Assembly (NCBI GenBank): GCA_944358675.1 | Contig: CALVRN010000004.1 | Span: 10,276 to 74,275 of the forward strand | DNA: 64,000 nucleotides | Reading direction: 5' to 3' | Source of the DNA: an uncultured Bacilli bacterium | Lineage (GTDB): Bacteria > Bacillota_I > Bacilli_A > RF39 > UBA660 | In this document: one piece after another, positions 38,882 through 48,762 of the stretch | How positions within the stretch are numbered: position 1 is the first letter of the stretch | Layout: each line of letters starts with the position of its first letter | Translations under genes and position numbers: made by a program | The notes under the pieces: generated by a model | What the model was told of the DNA's origin: nothing | Database searches by the model: none | What the model saw: the letters and a program-made list of their open reading frames with translations, nothing else

Positions 38882-38956
38882 TGGTGTTCGAAGGGAGAAT
38901 TGAACTCCCACCTTTCCCTTCGGAGGGGAAAACTCTATCCATTAAGCTATTCGAAC
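38882..38956 (-). tRNA. tRNA-Arg (anticodon CCG)
   Basis: The reverse complement GTTCGAATAGCTTAATGGATAGAG...TTCCC-CTCCGAA-GGGAA...TTCGAACACCA forms a cloverleaf with encoded CCA. Confidence 0.85.
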
Positions 38957-39027
38957 AACTATATATATAGTATAACATAAAACCACTCAGGATAAAACCT
39001 GGGTGGTTAATGTTTTAAACAATGTTT

Positions 39028-39420
39028 TTATAATACATAAGTTGTTCCATATACAAAGTTTGAAACCTTTATTATATATGTACCATTATATGGAGAATGT
39101 CCAACTTCAATTTCTCTTTCTTCGCCTTCTTTTAATTTGAATTTTTTGTCTTTTTCATTTATATATGGACTATCAAAAGTAAAAGTTATTTCATCTTCAT
39201 TTGCATCTATAACGGAAATTCCATATAAAACATCATCTTTTATAGTTGAAGATTTGAACTGATAAAATTCATGTCTTTCAATAATTTTTTCTCTTTTTTT
39301 GACTATAAGATCAATTTCAAAGGTCATACTAACTCTTCCTTTATTCATTTTTTCTTTTCTTTCTTCATTTGATAAATCTTTCCATTCTTTTAATTCATTT
39401 TCATTAAACTCTTGAAACAT
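39028..39420 (-). CDS. Hypothetical soluble protein, last gene of the HerA-like cluster
   Basis: 130-aa ORF lying 20 nt downstream of 39441..39878. No recognised motif. Confidence 0.5.
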   Translation of the reverse strand: MFQEFNENELKEWKDLSNEERKEKMNKGRVSMTFEIDLIVKKREKIIERHEFYQFKSSTIKDDVLYGISVIDANEDEITFTFDSPYINEKDKKFKLKEGEEREIEVGHSPYNGTYIIKVSNFVYGTTYVL

Positions 39421-39440
39421 ATTTTTTAAATTTTAATTGT

Positions 39441-39878
39441 TTATGATAAAACTTGAGTGGTTATGTTTAATTCAACACTTTTAATATTTTTTAAATTTTT
39501 GTTTGTTTTAACTGTAATGTTTTTTTCTTCTTCACCATTTATAATATCACCTAAATAACTTGTCATAGTAGTTTTATTATTTTGATTATCTTTTAAAGTT
39601 ATAGTTATTGGAGATATTTTTAACATATTTGAAGTCATATTTGTAGCTTTAGCTGTAAAATAGAATTCATCATCTTTTTTAAATATTTTGATATCACTAA
39701 ATAATATGTGATTTTGAACAGTGTTTTCAAAAGTTATGTGGATAAGTTCTGGTTCTTTTTCTATTTCTTCGTTTTGATGTTTTGGAATAAAGATATAAAT
39801 TGTACCTATTATAATAATTAATATAATGGAGATTATAGCTATTTTCATTGGTGTAATAGCTTTAATATCTTGTTCCAT
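39441..39878 (-). CDS. Membrane-anchored small beta-rich protein, translationally coupled to the HerA-like ATPase
   Basis: TAATG stop/start overlap with the upstream gene. N-terminal TM helix, and the FTAKATNMTSN...ITVKTNKNLKNI pattern resembles 11602..12075. Confidence 0.6.
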   Translation of the reverse strand: MEQDIKAITPMKIAIISIILIIIIGTIYIFIPKHQNEEIEKEPELIHITFENTVQNHILFSDIKIFKKDDEFYFTAKATNMTSNMLKISPITITLKDNQNNKTTMTSYLGDIINGEEEKNITVKTNKNLKNIKSVELNITTQVLS

Positions 39879-41632
39879 TAATTAGCCTTCCAAGTTTCGA
39901 AGACATTACAACTACTTGATGAAGGTGCTGGATCTGGCATTTTCATTCTGACAATAGTTGGTATTTTGAAAGCACCACCAAAGGCCATACATGTTCCTGG
40001 CTGCAAGGTTTTTTGTTTTTCAACAATATCTGCTGAAATATTTGGAAGCATTTTTGTTATATAATCTAAATCTCTTGGATGGGTAATCTTAAAAATTAAG
40101 AAGTTCGCACATTGTGAAATAACGGTATCAGATATTTCAACTGGTCTTTGAGAAATAAGATTGAAAATCAAACCATATTTACGACCTTCTTTAGCGGCTC
40201 TTTCGAATATATTATAGCCTATTAGAGCAACATCTCCATCATTTTGAACATATCTGTGAGCTTCTTCAACAAATATATGGAATGGAATAGATGCTCTGTT
40301 TTTAAGACTTTTAGTAAAATTAAATAACATTTTTGTGTAAATTTTAACAACTACTTTGGCAAACCAATCTTCTACATCTTCTAGATTAAAGTTAATAACT
40401 TGAGCTTTCTTGCTATTTTTAGCAACTAATGTAGCTATATAATTTTCCATGGTTATAAATGTAGGATAACGTAAATACCTTGAATTTTCAGATATAGTTA
40501 GTGAATGAAGTCTTACTTTTAGTTCAATAGCATCTGCATAGGTATCTGTATTATTTAATAAACCTTCACTGATTAAAGTAAATTCTAATGCTTTTTCTAA
40601 ATCTTCTAATGTATAAAATTTAATTTCTTTTGGTTCATATTTATCTAATGATTCATCTATGAAACCGGTAATATATTCGGTCATTAAGATACTTTCAGGA
40701 AATTGCCCTTGAGTATCAATTGTAAAACATTCTCTAAATTTTCTAGTATATCCAATACCTTGAACTGGTGCTTCTAAATTAAATTCATTAGTTGAACAAT
40801 TAGCTAAAATGGCAAAAACATCGTTTCTTTTACTACTGGCTGTTTGATTTGTGTATAAAATTGTCATTATTGCTTTGGCGATTAAATGATTTTTGTATTT
40901 TGTACTCATTTCATCATCAGATGCGAATATATTAACTAGTTTTAACATTCTTTCAATGATTGTCAATTGTGAGTGTTTATCAGCACGTAATAACAAAGCC
41001 ATATCATCAATATCAAGTAACCAAAGTGGTATAGATAGTATTTCGCCATCAGTTTGATGAACGTTAGTTGTATAGAATTTAAAGTTTAAGTTGGGATTTA
41101 TTTGATTGATGTTTTGTAAGGCATTATGGTATTCACCATAAGCATCAAATATAAAGAAATTAGATCTAAATGGCAATAATTTAGGATTTTCAAAAACATT
41201 TTGAAGTAATCTTGCGACACCACATGATTTACCAGAACCACTGTTACCAAATATAGCCATATGACTACTGAATAAATCATTAATATCAACATAAATTGGA
41301 TGACTATCGTAAAGCGGACTTTCACCAATTACAAATGATGAAGATGTATCTGCACCTAATATTAGGCCCACTTCTTCTTGACTTATTAATCTTAAATGTG
41401 AATTAAAAGTTGGTTTTCTGATAACACCACCTACGAATTTCCCATTAGTGATCTCACCTAAAAATCTAATTTTGATTATTTCATTCCCAACATCTTCTAC
41501 TTCACCTAAAATTTTCTTTTTTTCATCTTCAAAGATAACATGCATATTCATGATGTTTGTTGAAATCGAACCATCTTTTGGTGTTTCAACATGTGCTTCA
41601 GTATCACTGATATAAAGTATTTTCCCAAACAT
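39878..41632 (-). CDS. HerA/DUF87-like (FtsK-HerA superfamily) ATPase
   Basis: N-terminal barrel-like segment, Walker A IFGNSGSGKSCGV, Walker B-like HIFVEEAHRYV, 584 aa. SD GGGGAGG upstream. Confidence 0.75.
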   Translation of the reverse strand: MFGKILYISDTEAHVETPKDGSISTNIMNMHVIFEDEKKKILGEVEDVGNEIIKIRFLGEITNGKFVGGVIRKPTFNSHLRLISQEEVGLILGADTSSSFVIGESPLYDSHPIYVDINDLFSSHMAIFGNSGSGKSCGVARLLQNVFENPKLLPFRSNFFIFDAYGEYHNALQNINQINPNLNFKFYTTNVHQTDGEILSIPLWLLDIDDMALLLRADKHSQLTIIERMLKLVNIFASDDEMSTKYKNHLIAKAIMTILYTNQTASSKRNDVFAILANCSTNEFNLEAPVQGIGYTRKFRECFTIDTQGQFPESILMTEYITGFIDESLDKYEPKEIKFYTLEDLEKALEFTLISEGLLNNTDTYADAIELKVRLHSLTISENSRYLRYPTFITMENYIATLVAKNSKKAQVINFNLEDVEDWFAKVVVKIYTKMLFNFTKSLKNRASIPFHIFVEEAHRYVQNDGDVALIGYNIFERAAKEGRKYGLIFNLISQRPVEISDTVISQCANFLIFKITHPRDLDYITKMLPNISADIVEKQKTLQPGTCMAFGGAFKIPTIVRMKMPDPAPSSSSCNVFETWKAN

Positions 41633-41644
41633 AATTTTCCTCCC

Positions 41645-41935
41645 CTATAATAAATCTTCTATTTGTTTTTTAATTTTTGGATTTATATCTTTAATTATTT
41701 CTTTTATTTTTTTACTATTTTGATATTGTTTTAATATATTTTCATAATGTAATAGTTTATTTTCAGCCTCTTTTACTTGTTTATGGACAGCATTTCTCGA
41801 TACATCTTCATTTTCTGCTATTTCTGATAGTGTTAGATTATTGAAGTAATAGTCTTTGAAATAGGCTTGCTGCTTATCTGTGAGTAGCTCTCCATAATAA
41901 TCAAATAGGTTACTTAAATAGATTGTCTTATCCAT
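41645..41935 (-). CDS. ylxM: YlxM/p13-like putative DNA-binding protein (UPF0122)
   Basis: LFDYYGELLTDKQ...YY..LTLSEIAE...SRNAVHKQVK, located directly after ftsY. Confidence 0.88.
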   Translation of the reverse strand: MDKTIYLSNLFDYYGELLTDKQQAYFKDYYFNNLTLSEIAENEDVSRNAVHKQVKEAENKLLHYENILKQYQNSKKIKEIIKDINPKIKKQIEDLL

Positions 41936-42909
41936 TATTTATTCATTCCTTTAAATAAACCATATATGTATTTTTCAATATCAAATACTCTTAAATCATC
42001 TTTAGTCTCACCTAGACCAACATATTTAACAGGTATACCCGTTTCTTCTTTGATAGCTAAAACTATTCCACCTTTAGCTGTACCATCTAATTTAGTTAAA
42101 ACAATACCAGTTATATTGGTTATTTCTTTAAAGTTTTTAGCTTGACTAATACCATTTTGCCCAGTAGTAGCATCGATTACAAGTAGTGTTTCGTGTGGTG
42201 CATTTTCTATTAATTTTCCAATAACTTTATTTATTTTTTCTAACTCTTTCATTAAACCTACTTTGTTTTGAAGTCTACCAGCAGTATCGATTAAAACAAC
42301 ATCATAGTTTTCTTCTTTGGCTTTATTAACCCCATCGTACATGACACTTACGGGATCAGCATTTTCTCTTGAGACAATGTCAACGCCAATTCTTTTAGCC
42401 CATTCATCCAACTGTTCGATAGCTCCAGCTCTAAAGGTATCACCAGCAACCATTAAAACTTTCTTACCTTCTTCTTTTAATTTATAAGCTATTTTACCGA
42501 TAGTTGTTGTTTTACCAGCACCGTTTACCCCAACAAATAAGATAATGGTTGGCCCTTCTTTAGCATAATTAATTTTATTTGTTATGATATCACCATCAAC
42601 ATATATAATGAACATTTCATCTACTATAATATCTTTTAACTCATCAGCTGTTTTGATGTTTTCTTTTTTAACACGTTTTTTTAGTCTATCGATTATCTCC
42701 ATTACGGTGTTTACTCCAATATCAGACATAATCAATATTTCCTCTAGGTTTTCAAAGTATTCATCATCAACTATTTTGTGGTTTTTATTTAAGTTTAATA
42801 AAGCTGATAAGAAATTATCTCTTGTTTTTTCTAATCCTTTATCATAAATTTGTACTTCTTCTTTTTCTTCTTTTTTAAAGATGTTTTTAAATTTGTCAAA
42901 TAATCCCAT
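41935..42909 (-). CDS. ftsY: Signal recognition particle receptor FtsY
   Basis: GVNGAGKTTTIGK, DTAGRL and TKLDGTAKGG motifs. ATG at 42909 (MGLFDKFK) behind AGGGTGA. Confidence 0.95.
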   Translation of the reverse strand: MGLFDKFKNIFKKEEKEEVQIYDKGLEKTRDNFLSALLNLNKNHKIVDDEYFENLEEILIMSDIGVNTVMEIIDRLKKRVKKENIKTADELKDIIVDEMFIIYVDGDIITNKINYAKEGPTIILFVGVNGAGKTTTIGKIAYKLKEEGKKVLMVAGDTFRAGAIEQLDEWAKRIGVDIVSRENADPVSVMYDGVNKAKEENYDVVLIDTAGRLQNKVGLMKELEKINKVIGKLIENAPHETLLVIDATTGQNGISQAKNFKEITNITGIVLTKLDGTAKGGIVLAIKEETGIPVKYVGLGETKDDLRVFDIEKYIYGLFKGMNK

Positions 42910-42983
42910 GTTTATCACCCTGTTACTATAATAATTCTACACTATTTTTTTCGAAACCGCAATAAATATAGAGAAATTTCAAC

Positions 42984-43007
42984 AAAAAGACTGGATTAAC
43001 CAGTCTT
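42984..43007 (-). terminator. Intrinsic terminator after the coiled-coil paralogue cluster
   Basis: On the minus strand, AAGACTGG-ttaat-CCAGTCTT is followed by a T-run, just 3' of the stop at 43011. Confidence 0.7.
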
Positions 43008-43010
43008 AAA

Positions 43011-43703
43011 TTAAAAACGAAATGTTTTGCGGGGCAAGGTCATAACTAGAACTTTTTTCCCATCTTCTGCATTAATAAATTGACAGTCTTCTGGAAGCTT
43101 TTCTTCTGGTGGTGTTAGACTTTTAACTTCTTCTTCTGTCATATATTTTTGTTTCTTTAAACAGTTTATAATAGCTTTATTTTCTATATTATCTGTTTGA
43201 GCTAATTTTTTAAAGTTTACTTTAAATATGACAGTCGGAATGTACTCTTCGATTACTTTTAATATCATTAAATCTATGAAATCTATATATGAGGCTAGGC
43301 TATGGTCAATAAGAGTCTTTCCGTCAGATGTTTTATCAGCAAAATTTAAATCTAATGATGTGTTTACAAATATATTGCCCATCCTATCACATATTTTAAG
43401 CATTAAAGTTACTGGAGTATCTTTGTATACTTCTAAAAGGTGATATTTTGGAAAACGTGAAAAAGTATTTCTCATATATTGTAGTTCGGTTGTAAGCTCA
43501 TCTTCCGGAATATTTGTAATGGCAGAAACTTCTTGAACTAAATCGCCTATGCTTATGTATATTTGGGAATCTTTATTTAAGTCTGCCATTTTACTTTTTG
43601 TTTTTTGAATCTCACTTTCTAAAGAATTTAACTTTTCAGTTAAACAACTAATTTGTTCTCTTTGAGAGAGAGATGTTTCAACTGTTTCATTTTCTTTTTT
43701 CAC
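43011..43703 (-). CDS. Coiled-coil protein, paralogue 1 of 3, unknown family
   Basis: GTG at 43703 behind AAAGGAG overlaps the stop of paralogue 2 by 17 nt. Shared motifs are IGDLVQEVS, SDGKTLIDHS and AIINCLKKQKY. Confidence 0.6.
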   Translation of the reverse strand: MKKENETVETSLSQREQISCLTEKLNSLESEIQKTKSKMADLNKDSQIYISIGDLVQEVSAITNIPEDELTTELQYMRNTFSRFPKYHLLEVYKDTPVTLMLKICDRMGNIFVNTSLDLNFADKTSDGKTLIDHSLASYIDFIDLMILKVIEEYIPTVIFKVNFKKLAQTDNIENKAIINCLKKQKYMTEEEVKSLTPPEEKLPEDCQFINAEDGKKVLVMTLPRKTFRF

Positions 43704-44424
43704 TTTTACCACTCCTTTTAAGTGTTTTTTGCATTCCAATTTCACACTCTTTTTGTTTATTTAGAATATTTAAAATTGCTTTCAGTAATAATTCTCTTGG
43801 ATGAAAAGAGTTAAGCTCTTTAGAGGCGGCTAAAGAATATAAATTAAATTTGCATATAATATTATCCATGTCCTCTTTTTTAATTAGAAGTTGTGTTGTT
43901 ATTTTTTTATTAGGATACTCCCCAATATAATAAGCGATTGTATGTGTGTGTCCAAACAGTGTTTTACCATCTGCCTGAAGAGTGAATAAATAACTATAAA
44001 AACTATGGTTATAATAAAATTCCATGGAAGTTTGTTCATCGTATGAAGCAAAATTTTCTGTTTTTTGACTTTGGATTGTTAAAAATAGGCGGACCGGTTC
44101 TTCTGTCCAAAGTTCTTCGCGTGATTTTTCGCTACAGGAACTTTTTTCTGTTTTACAAATATTGCTGATATTTACATCATAGTCCATATTTTCTACACTT
44201 ATACCTGTTAAGTTAGATAATTCTTCTATTAAATCGCCTAACCTTACAGAGACAACCTCATTTCTTTCAAACATTTCTTTTTTTGCAGTTTCTAACTCTT
44301 CTTTTAGTGGCTCAAGTGTCTTTTCAAACTTTTCTCGAAGGTTTTGAATTTGAATTTCAATGTTTTGGACTCTTTTTTCTTTTTCCTTATATTCTTTTAC
44401 TAATTCTTCTAATGATTTTTCCAT
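43687..44424 (-). CDS. Coiled-coil protein, paralogue 2 of 3, unknown family
   Basis: N-terminal heptad-rich 55 aa, then LGDLIEELSNLT, QADGKTLFGHT and NIICKFNL. Confidence 0.65.
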   Translation of the reverse strand: MEKSLEELVKEYKEKEKRVQNIEIQIQNLREKFEKTLEPLKEELETAKKEMFERNEVVSVRLGDLIEELSNLTGISVENMDYDVNISNICKTEKSSCSEKSREELWTEEPVRLFLTIQSQKTENFASYDEQTSMEFYYNHSFYSYLFTLQADGKTLFGHTHTIAYYIGEYPNKKITTQLLIKKEDMDNIICKFNLYSLAASKELNSFHPRELLLKAILNILNKQKECEIGMQKTLKRSGKSEKRK

Positions 44425-44500
44425 ATTATTTCCTTTCTAAATTTTGAAAATATATTACACTCTTAAAAATTTGTATAGTATTTTAAAACTTATATATAAT

Positions 44501-45319
44501 TTATTTTCTATATTTTAGTTTTTTCATCATTTTGCTTTGAGAGTTGTTTTCCTTGGCCATAGGTGTTTGTATAATCTCTTTTATTGTATATTTATGTTTA
44601 TGTAGACAGTCTATAACGGCTTTTGATAATAAGTCATTATCATAGTTATTTTTAAAATTTACTATTTGTTTTAAATTAAATGAACATATAATATTTTCGA
44701 TTGACGTTTTATCAATTATGCAAAATAATCCAAGTATTTCGATTTTCTTATGATCTTCAGGTCTAACAAATGAGGATACTTTGACAGGTCTTTTTTTACT
44801 ATGTTCTAATAAGGTTTTGCCATCAGCTTGGATATCTGATAAATGTCCATCAAATGTAATATTTAATGGTGGCTGACCTTTCGCATATATATTTATATTT
44901 ACATTTACTGTTTCTTTGGTATTTTTGGCAATATATTTTATAAATTCATCTTTATTTGAAAGTTCTTTATATGATTCTATCGGTTGGTAGTTAACATAAG
45001 AGCGATGTCCTGATGTTTCGATATCTTTGATATTTATTTTTGTTATGTTTGATATTTCATTTATAATATCTTTGAGTTTAATATGTGTTTTATAAGTTAA
45101 TATACATTTATTTAAATTTTGTCTTGCTTCATCAAGTTTATCATTTATTGGAGATGTTTCCTGTTCGAATATTTTGTTTAAAAAAGTTATTTGTTCTTCT
45201 AATGCTGTTACTTTTTCATCTAATGCTATTCTTAAACCATTAATTTTTTGTTCATAATCATCTATTTGATGTTTAATTATTTCGTATTCACTAATATATT
45301 CTTCTATGTTTTTATACAT
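44501..45319 (-). CDS. Coiled-coil protein, paralogue 3 of 3, unknown family
   Basis: N-terminal coiled coil, then LKDIINEISNIT, QADGKTLLEHS, NIICSFNL and AVIDCLHKHKY. Confidence 0.65.
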   Translation of the reverse strand: MYKNIEEYISEYEIIKHQIDDYEQKINGLRIALDEKVTALEEQITFLNKIFEQETSPINDKLDEARQNLNKCILTYKTHIKLKDIINEISNITKINIKDIETSGHRSYVNYQPIESYKELSNKDEFIKYIAKNTKETVNVNINIYAKGQPPLNITFDGHLSDIQADGKTLLEHSKKRPVKVSSFVRPEDHKKIEILGLFCIIDKTSIENIICSFNLKQIVNFKNNYDNDLLSKAVIDCLHKHKYTIKEIIQTPMAKENNSQSKMMKKLKYRK

Positions 45320-45388
45320 ATAAATTCCTCTTTCTTTTAGGTAATATTATATAGAAATATCAATTTAATTGTCAATTATTAATTTGCT

Positions 45389-46429
45389 TTAAACTGTTTT
45401 TCTTAAAATTTCTAATAGTTTTTTTGAAATATTTTCTTTATTTTTAATTAAATAACGACATATATTAGTTCTTTCCCTACCAAATTCTAACATATTTAAA
45501 TCACCCGTGTTCAAGTACTGTTTATACCCATAAGTACTTGATAAAACTTGAATTAAATAAATGTATGGTAAATATTTTAAATCTTCTTTAGTTAAGCTGG
45601 AATATTTCATAAATTCTTCTATATATAAAACTAAATTATCAGTGTTAAATTTGCCATTTTTACACTCTTTATCCATATAGTTATATGAACGAGCTATTTC
45701 CCAAGCTATGGGAAGTTCACCAGATGCCGAGAAATCTAAAATAGCTTTTATATTATCGTTTGAATCATAAATAAACTGAAGAACATTATAATCTCCGTGG
45801 GTTTTCTTTATAGTTATATTGGTTATGGCTTGAAATGTTTGATTTTGTTTTACTTCATTTAAAAAGTTTATTTTATCTATTAAATCTCTTTTTATTGCTT
45901 CTCCATAAATATTATCTTTTTCAGCTAACAATATTAAAGCTTGGTGTTTAGCTATACTTTCATCTATATCTTGAGCGCTTTTAAACTTGTTTATATTAGC
46001 TTTAAACATATCATCATAAGGGTAATCTTCTAAGGCGTTGATGATAAGTCCTAAATTTTTTGCAGACTCTAAAAGGTCTTTTATCTCGCCGGTATATTTA
46101 TCTTTGGTTATGCCTTCGATATATTTTTGAAGGATAATAATTCTATCATTATATTCAAAATAGTTTTGATTATTAGTGCATGGAATATATTCTGGGACTG
46201 GCAAGCCTTTTTGTCTTAAATGGTTAATCACATGCACTTCTTTGAGTATCATTTTAGAGTTAAACTTAGACTGAAATTCTTTTAAAATATACTTTCTATT
46301 ATGTATATCAGTAAGTTTATATATATTCGCATTTCCACCATTAATTACCTCTATTTTATCGATGTCTAGATTGTAATGTTTTTTTACTTCGGCTTTGATT
46401 ATTTTTTTATTTAAACTTTTTTCTATCAT
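45389..46429 (-). CDS. Aminoglycoside-phosphotransferase-fold (APH/choline-kinase/CotS-like) kinase
   Basis: Catalytic loop HGDYNVLQF (HGD...N) and the ILDFSAS metal-binding Asp. Confidence 0.8.
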   Translation of the reverse strand: MIEKSLNKKIIKAEVKKHYNLDIDKIEVINGGNANIYKLTDIHNRKYILKEFQSKFNSKMILKEVHVINHLRQKGLPVPEYIPCTNNQNYFEYNDRIIILQKYIEGITKDKYTGEIKDLLESAKNLGLIINALEDYPYDDMFKANINKFKSAQDIDESIAKHQALILLAEKDNIYGEAIKRDLIDKINFLNEVKQNQTFQAITNITIKKTHGDYNVLQFIYDSNDNIKAILDFSASGELPIAWEIARSYNYMDKECKNGKFNTDNLVLYIEEFMKYSSLTKEDLKYLPYIYLIQVLSSTYGYKQYLNTGDLNMLEFGRERTNICRYLIKNKENISKKLLEILRKTV

Positions 46430-46430
46430 A

Positions 46431-46856
46431 CTAACCCCTATTTAAAACGGTTTTAACTTTTTCCAAGACTTCTTTTTGTTCTTGATATGTTACTTTATTA
46501 ATTGCTTTTTGGAGTGGTAACCATTTACCTTCTGTAAAGTTTTCTTTTTCTAAAGGAATAATGTTTTGTGGTTCATCTATTTTAAATAAATAGACTTTTA
46601 TGTTTTTATCACTATTTTCGGTGTCAGAAAAATAATTAAATTCACCTATTTTATCAATTAAATCTTCTTTTTTTAATTTTATTTGAGTTTCTTCTAGTAC
46701 TTCTCTTATAGCTGTTTCTACAAAGGTTTCTTCTTCTTTAAAATGACCTTTAGGTAATACCCAATTATCATCTTTGTCTTTTAAAAGAACAGTATAAATT
46801 TGCCTATTTTGAATATGTGTGACAACTCCCATGCACGAAATTATTGGTTTAGACAT
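46431..46856 (-). CDS. NUDIX hydrolase
   Basis: Nudix box GHFKEEETFVETAIREVLEETQI. Its stop lies 1 nt from the kinase start. Confidence 0.88.
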   Translation of the reverse strand: MSKPIISCMGVVTHIQNRQIYTVLLKDKDDNWVLPKGHFKEEETFVETAIREVLEETQIKLKKEDLIDKIGEFNYFSDTENSDKNIKVYLFKIDEPQNIIPLEKENFTEGKWLPLQKAINKVTYQEQKEVLEKVKTVLNRG

Positions 46857-47069
46857 ATAATCACCTCTTATTTAAGATATTATCATTTAATTATAGTATT
46901 TTCAATGTTTAAGTATAGATTATAATATTTCTTAAGCAATTTCTTTTATTTTAATTTTCTTACAATTTATATGTTTTCAAATAAGTCTATTATATGTGAA
47001 CTTGTCAAAGATGGAAAAAAAGGATATAATGTTATAGTCAGTTTTAACTTTTAAAGAAAGGAGTTTATA

Positions 47070-48755
47070 ATGAAGTTTAACAAGGATGAGACTTACGTTT
47101 TCGCTTTAGGCGGACTTGGTGAAGTCGGAAAAAATATGTATTGTGTAATGCATAATGATGAAATTATTATTACTGATGCGGGTGTTATATTCCCCGGTGG
47201 GGAACTTTTAGGAATTGATTATGTTATTCCAGATTTTACTTTTTTGAAACAAAATGAAAGTAAGATAAAAGGTTTATTTATTACTCATGGTCATGAAGAT
47301 CATATTGGAGGTATCCCATTTTTACTTTCAGAAGTTAATATTCCAGCCATTTATGCGCCTAATCAAGCTGCGGCTTTAATTAGAAAAAAATTAGAAGATA
47401 GAAAGCTTAAATATAATAATCTATTTATATATAAAGATGACAGTGTTTATAGATTTAAAGATATGTGGGTTGAATTTTATAGAACTACCCACTCTATCCC
47501 GGATTCACATGGTATAGTTATTCATACTCCAGATGGTGTAATTATGACAACTGGTGATTTTAAATTTGATTTGACACCAATTGGCCCGATGGCTGATGTC
47601 GGTAAAATTGCAAGACTTGGTTCTGAAGGGGTTACTTTACTTTTAAGTGATAGTACTAATGCGATGAATCCTGGTATAAGTATTAGTGAATCTAAAGTGG
47701 ATGATGCTTTGGAGGAATTATTTAATAAACATGATAGTAGAATTATAATTGCAACATTTGCTTCAAATATATATAGATTAAAACATATTGTCGACACTTG
47801 TAAAAGACATGGAAGAAAGATTGCAGTGTTTGGTAGAAGTATGGAAAATAATATTGAAATTTCTATCGAAGGTGGTTATATTAAACATAAAGAAATATTT
47901 ATTACACCTGATGAAGCGACAAAACTTCCTTCTAATAAAGTATGTTTACTTTGTACTGGTACTCAAGGAGAACCACTTGCTGCTTTAAGTAGACTTGCGA
48001 ATGGGACATTTAGACATATTAAATTACGCAGTGATGATGTGGTTGTATTTTCTTCATCAGCTATACCAGGTAATGCTTTAAGTATTTCAAGGACTATTAA
48101 CAAATTATATTTAAAAGGAATAACAGTTTATACTAACACTTCTTTAAGTGACATTCATGCTTCTGGACATGCGAATGAAGAAGAGCTTAAATGGATGATT
48201 AGACTTGCTAAACCTAAATACTTTATGCCTTTCCACGGAGAATACAGAATGCTTAAAAAACATGCAGATATTGCAATAGAATGTGATGTTCCTCGTGAAA
48301 ATACTTTTGTACTTACTAATGGTGATGTACTTTCTATAAAAAAAGGTGTTGTTACTAAAGCCGGACATATTCAGGCTGGAGATACATATGTGGATGGTAA
48401 CCGTATTGGTGAAGTTAGTAATGCAGTAATGAAAGATCGTAAGATAATGGCTAATGATGGAATTGTCGTTGTTATTGCAAATATAGATGTTAAAAATGGT
48501 AAATTGCTTACTAACCCAAATATTATTACAAGAGGTTTTGTACTGGTGAATGATAATTTAGATTTACTTAAAAAATTAGAACTTATAGCAAGAGATGCGA
48601 TTAATAATAAAATTAAAACTGGCGTAAATTATACAGATGTAAAAACTGAAGTTATTAATAATTTAAGTAGTTATATTAATTTACACACTGGTAGAAAACC
48701 AATTATATTGCCGGTTATTATGGATATTAAAAAAGACGTTAAATTGAATTCTTAA
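47070..48755 (+). CDS. rnj: Ribonuclease J
   Basis: Metallo-beta-lactamase motif THGHEDHIGG, beta-CASP region, 561 aa. Confidence 0.93.
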   Translation: MKFNKDETYVFALGGLGEVGKNMYCVMHNDEIIITDAGVIFPGGELLGIDYVIPDFTFLKQNESKIKGLFITHGHEDHIGGIPFLLSEVNIPAIYAPNQAAALIRKKLEDRKLKYNNLFIYKDDSVYRFKDMWVEFYRTTHSIPDSHGIVIHTPDGVIMTTGDFKFDLTPIGPMADVGKIARLGSEGVTLLLSDSTNAMNPGISISESKVDDALEELFNKHDSRIIIATFASNIYRLKHIVDTCKRHGRKIAVFGRSMENNIEISIEGGYIKHKEIFITPDEATKLPSNKVCLLCTGTQGEPLAALSRLANGTFRHIKLRSDDVVVFSSSAIPGNALSISRTINKLYLKGITVYTNTSLSDIHASGHANEEELKWMIRLAKPKYFMPFHGEYRMLKKHADIAIECDVPRENTFVLTNGDVLSIKKGVVTKAGHIQAGDTYVDGNRIGEVSNAVMKDRKIMANDGIVVVIANIDVKNGKLLTNPNIITRGFVLVNDNLDLLKKLELIARDAINNKIKTGVNYTDVKTEVINNLSSYINLHTGRKPIILPVIMDIKKDVKLNS

Positions 48756-48762
48756 CGTCTTT

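Noticed and set aside
41098-41328. 76-aa same-strand ORF inside the HerA-like gene.
   Set aside because: It is an alternative frame within a gene whose main frame carries the Walker motifs. It has no SD.
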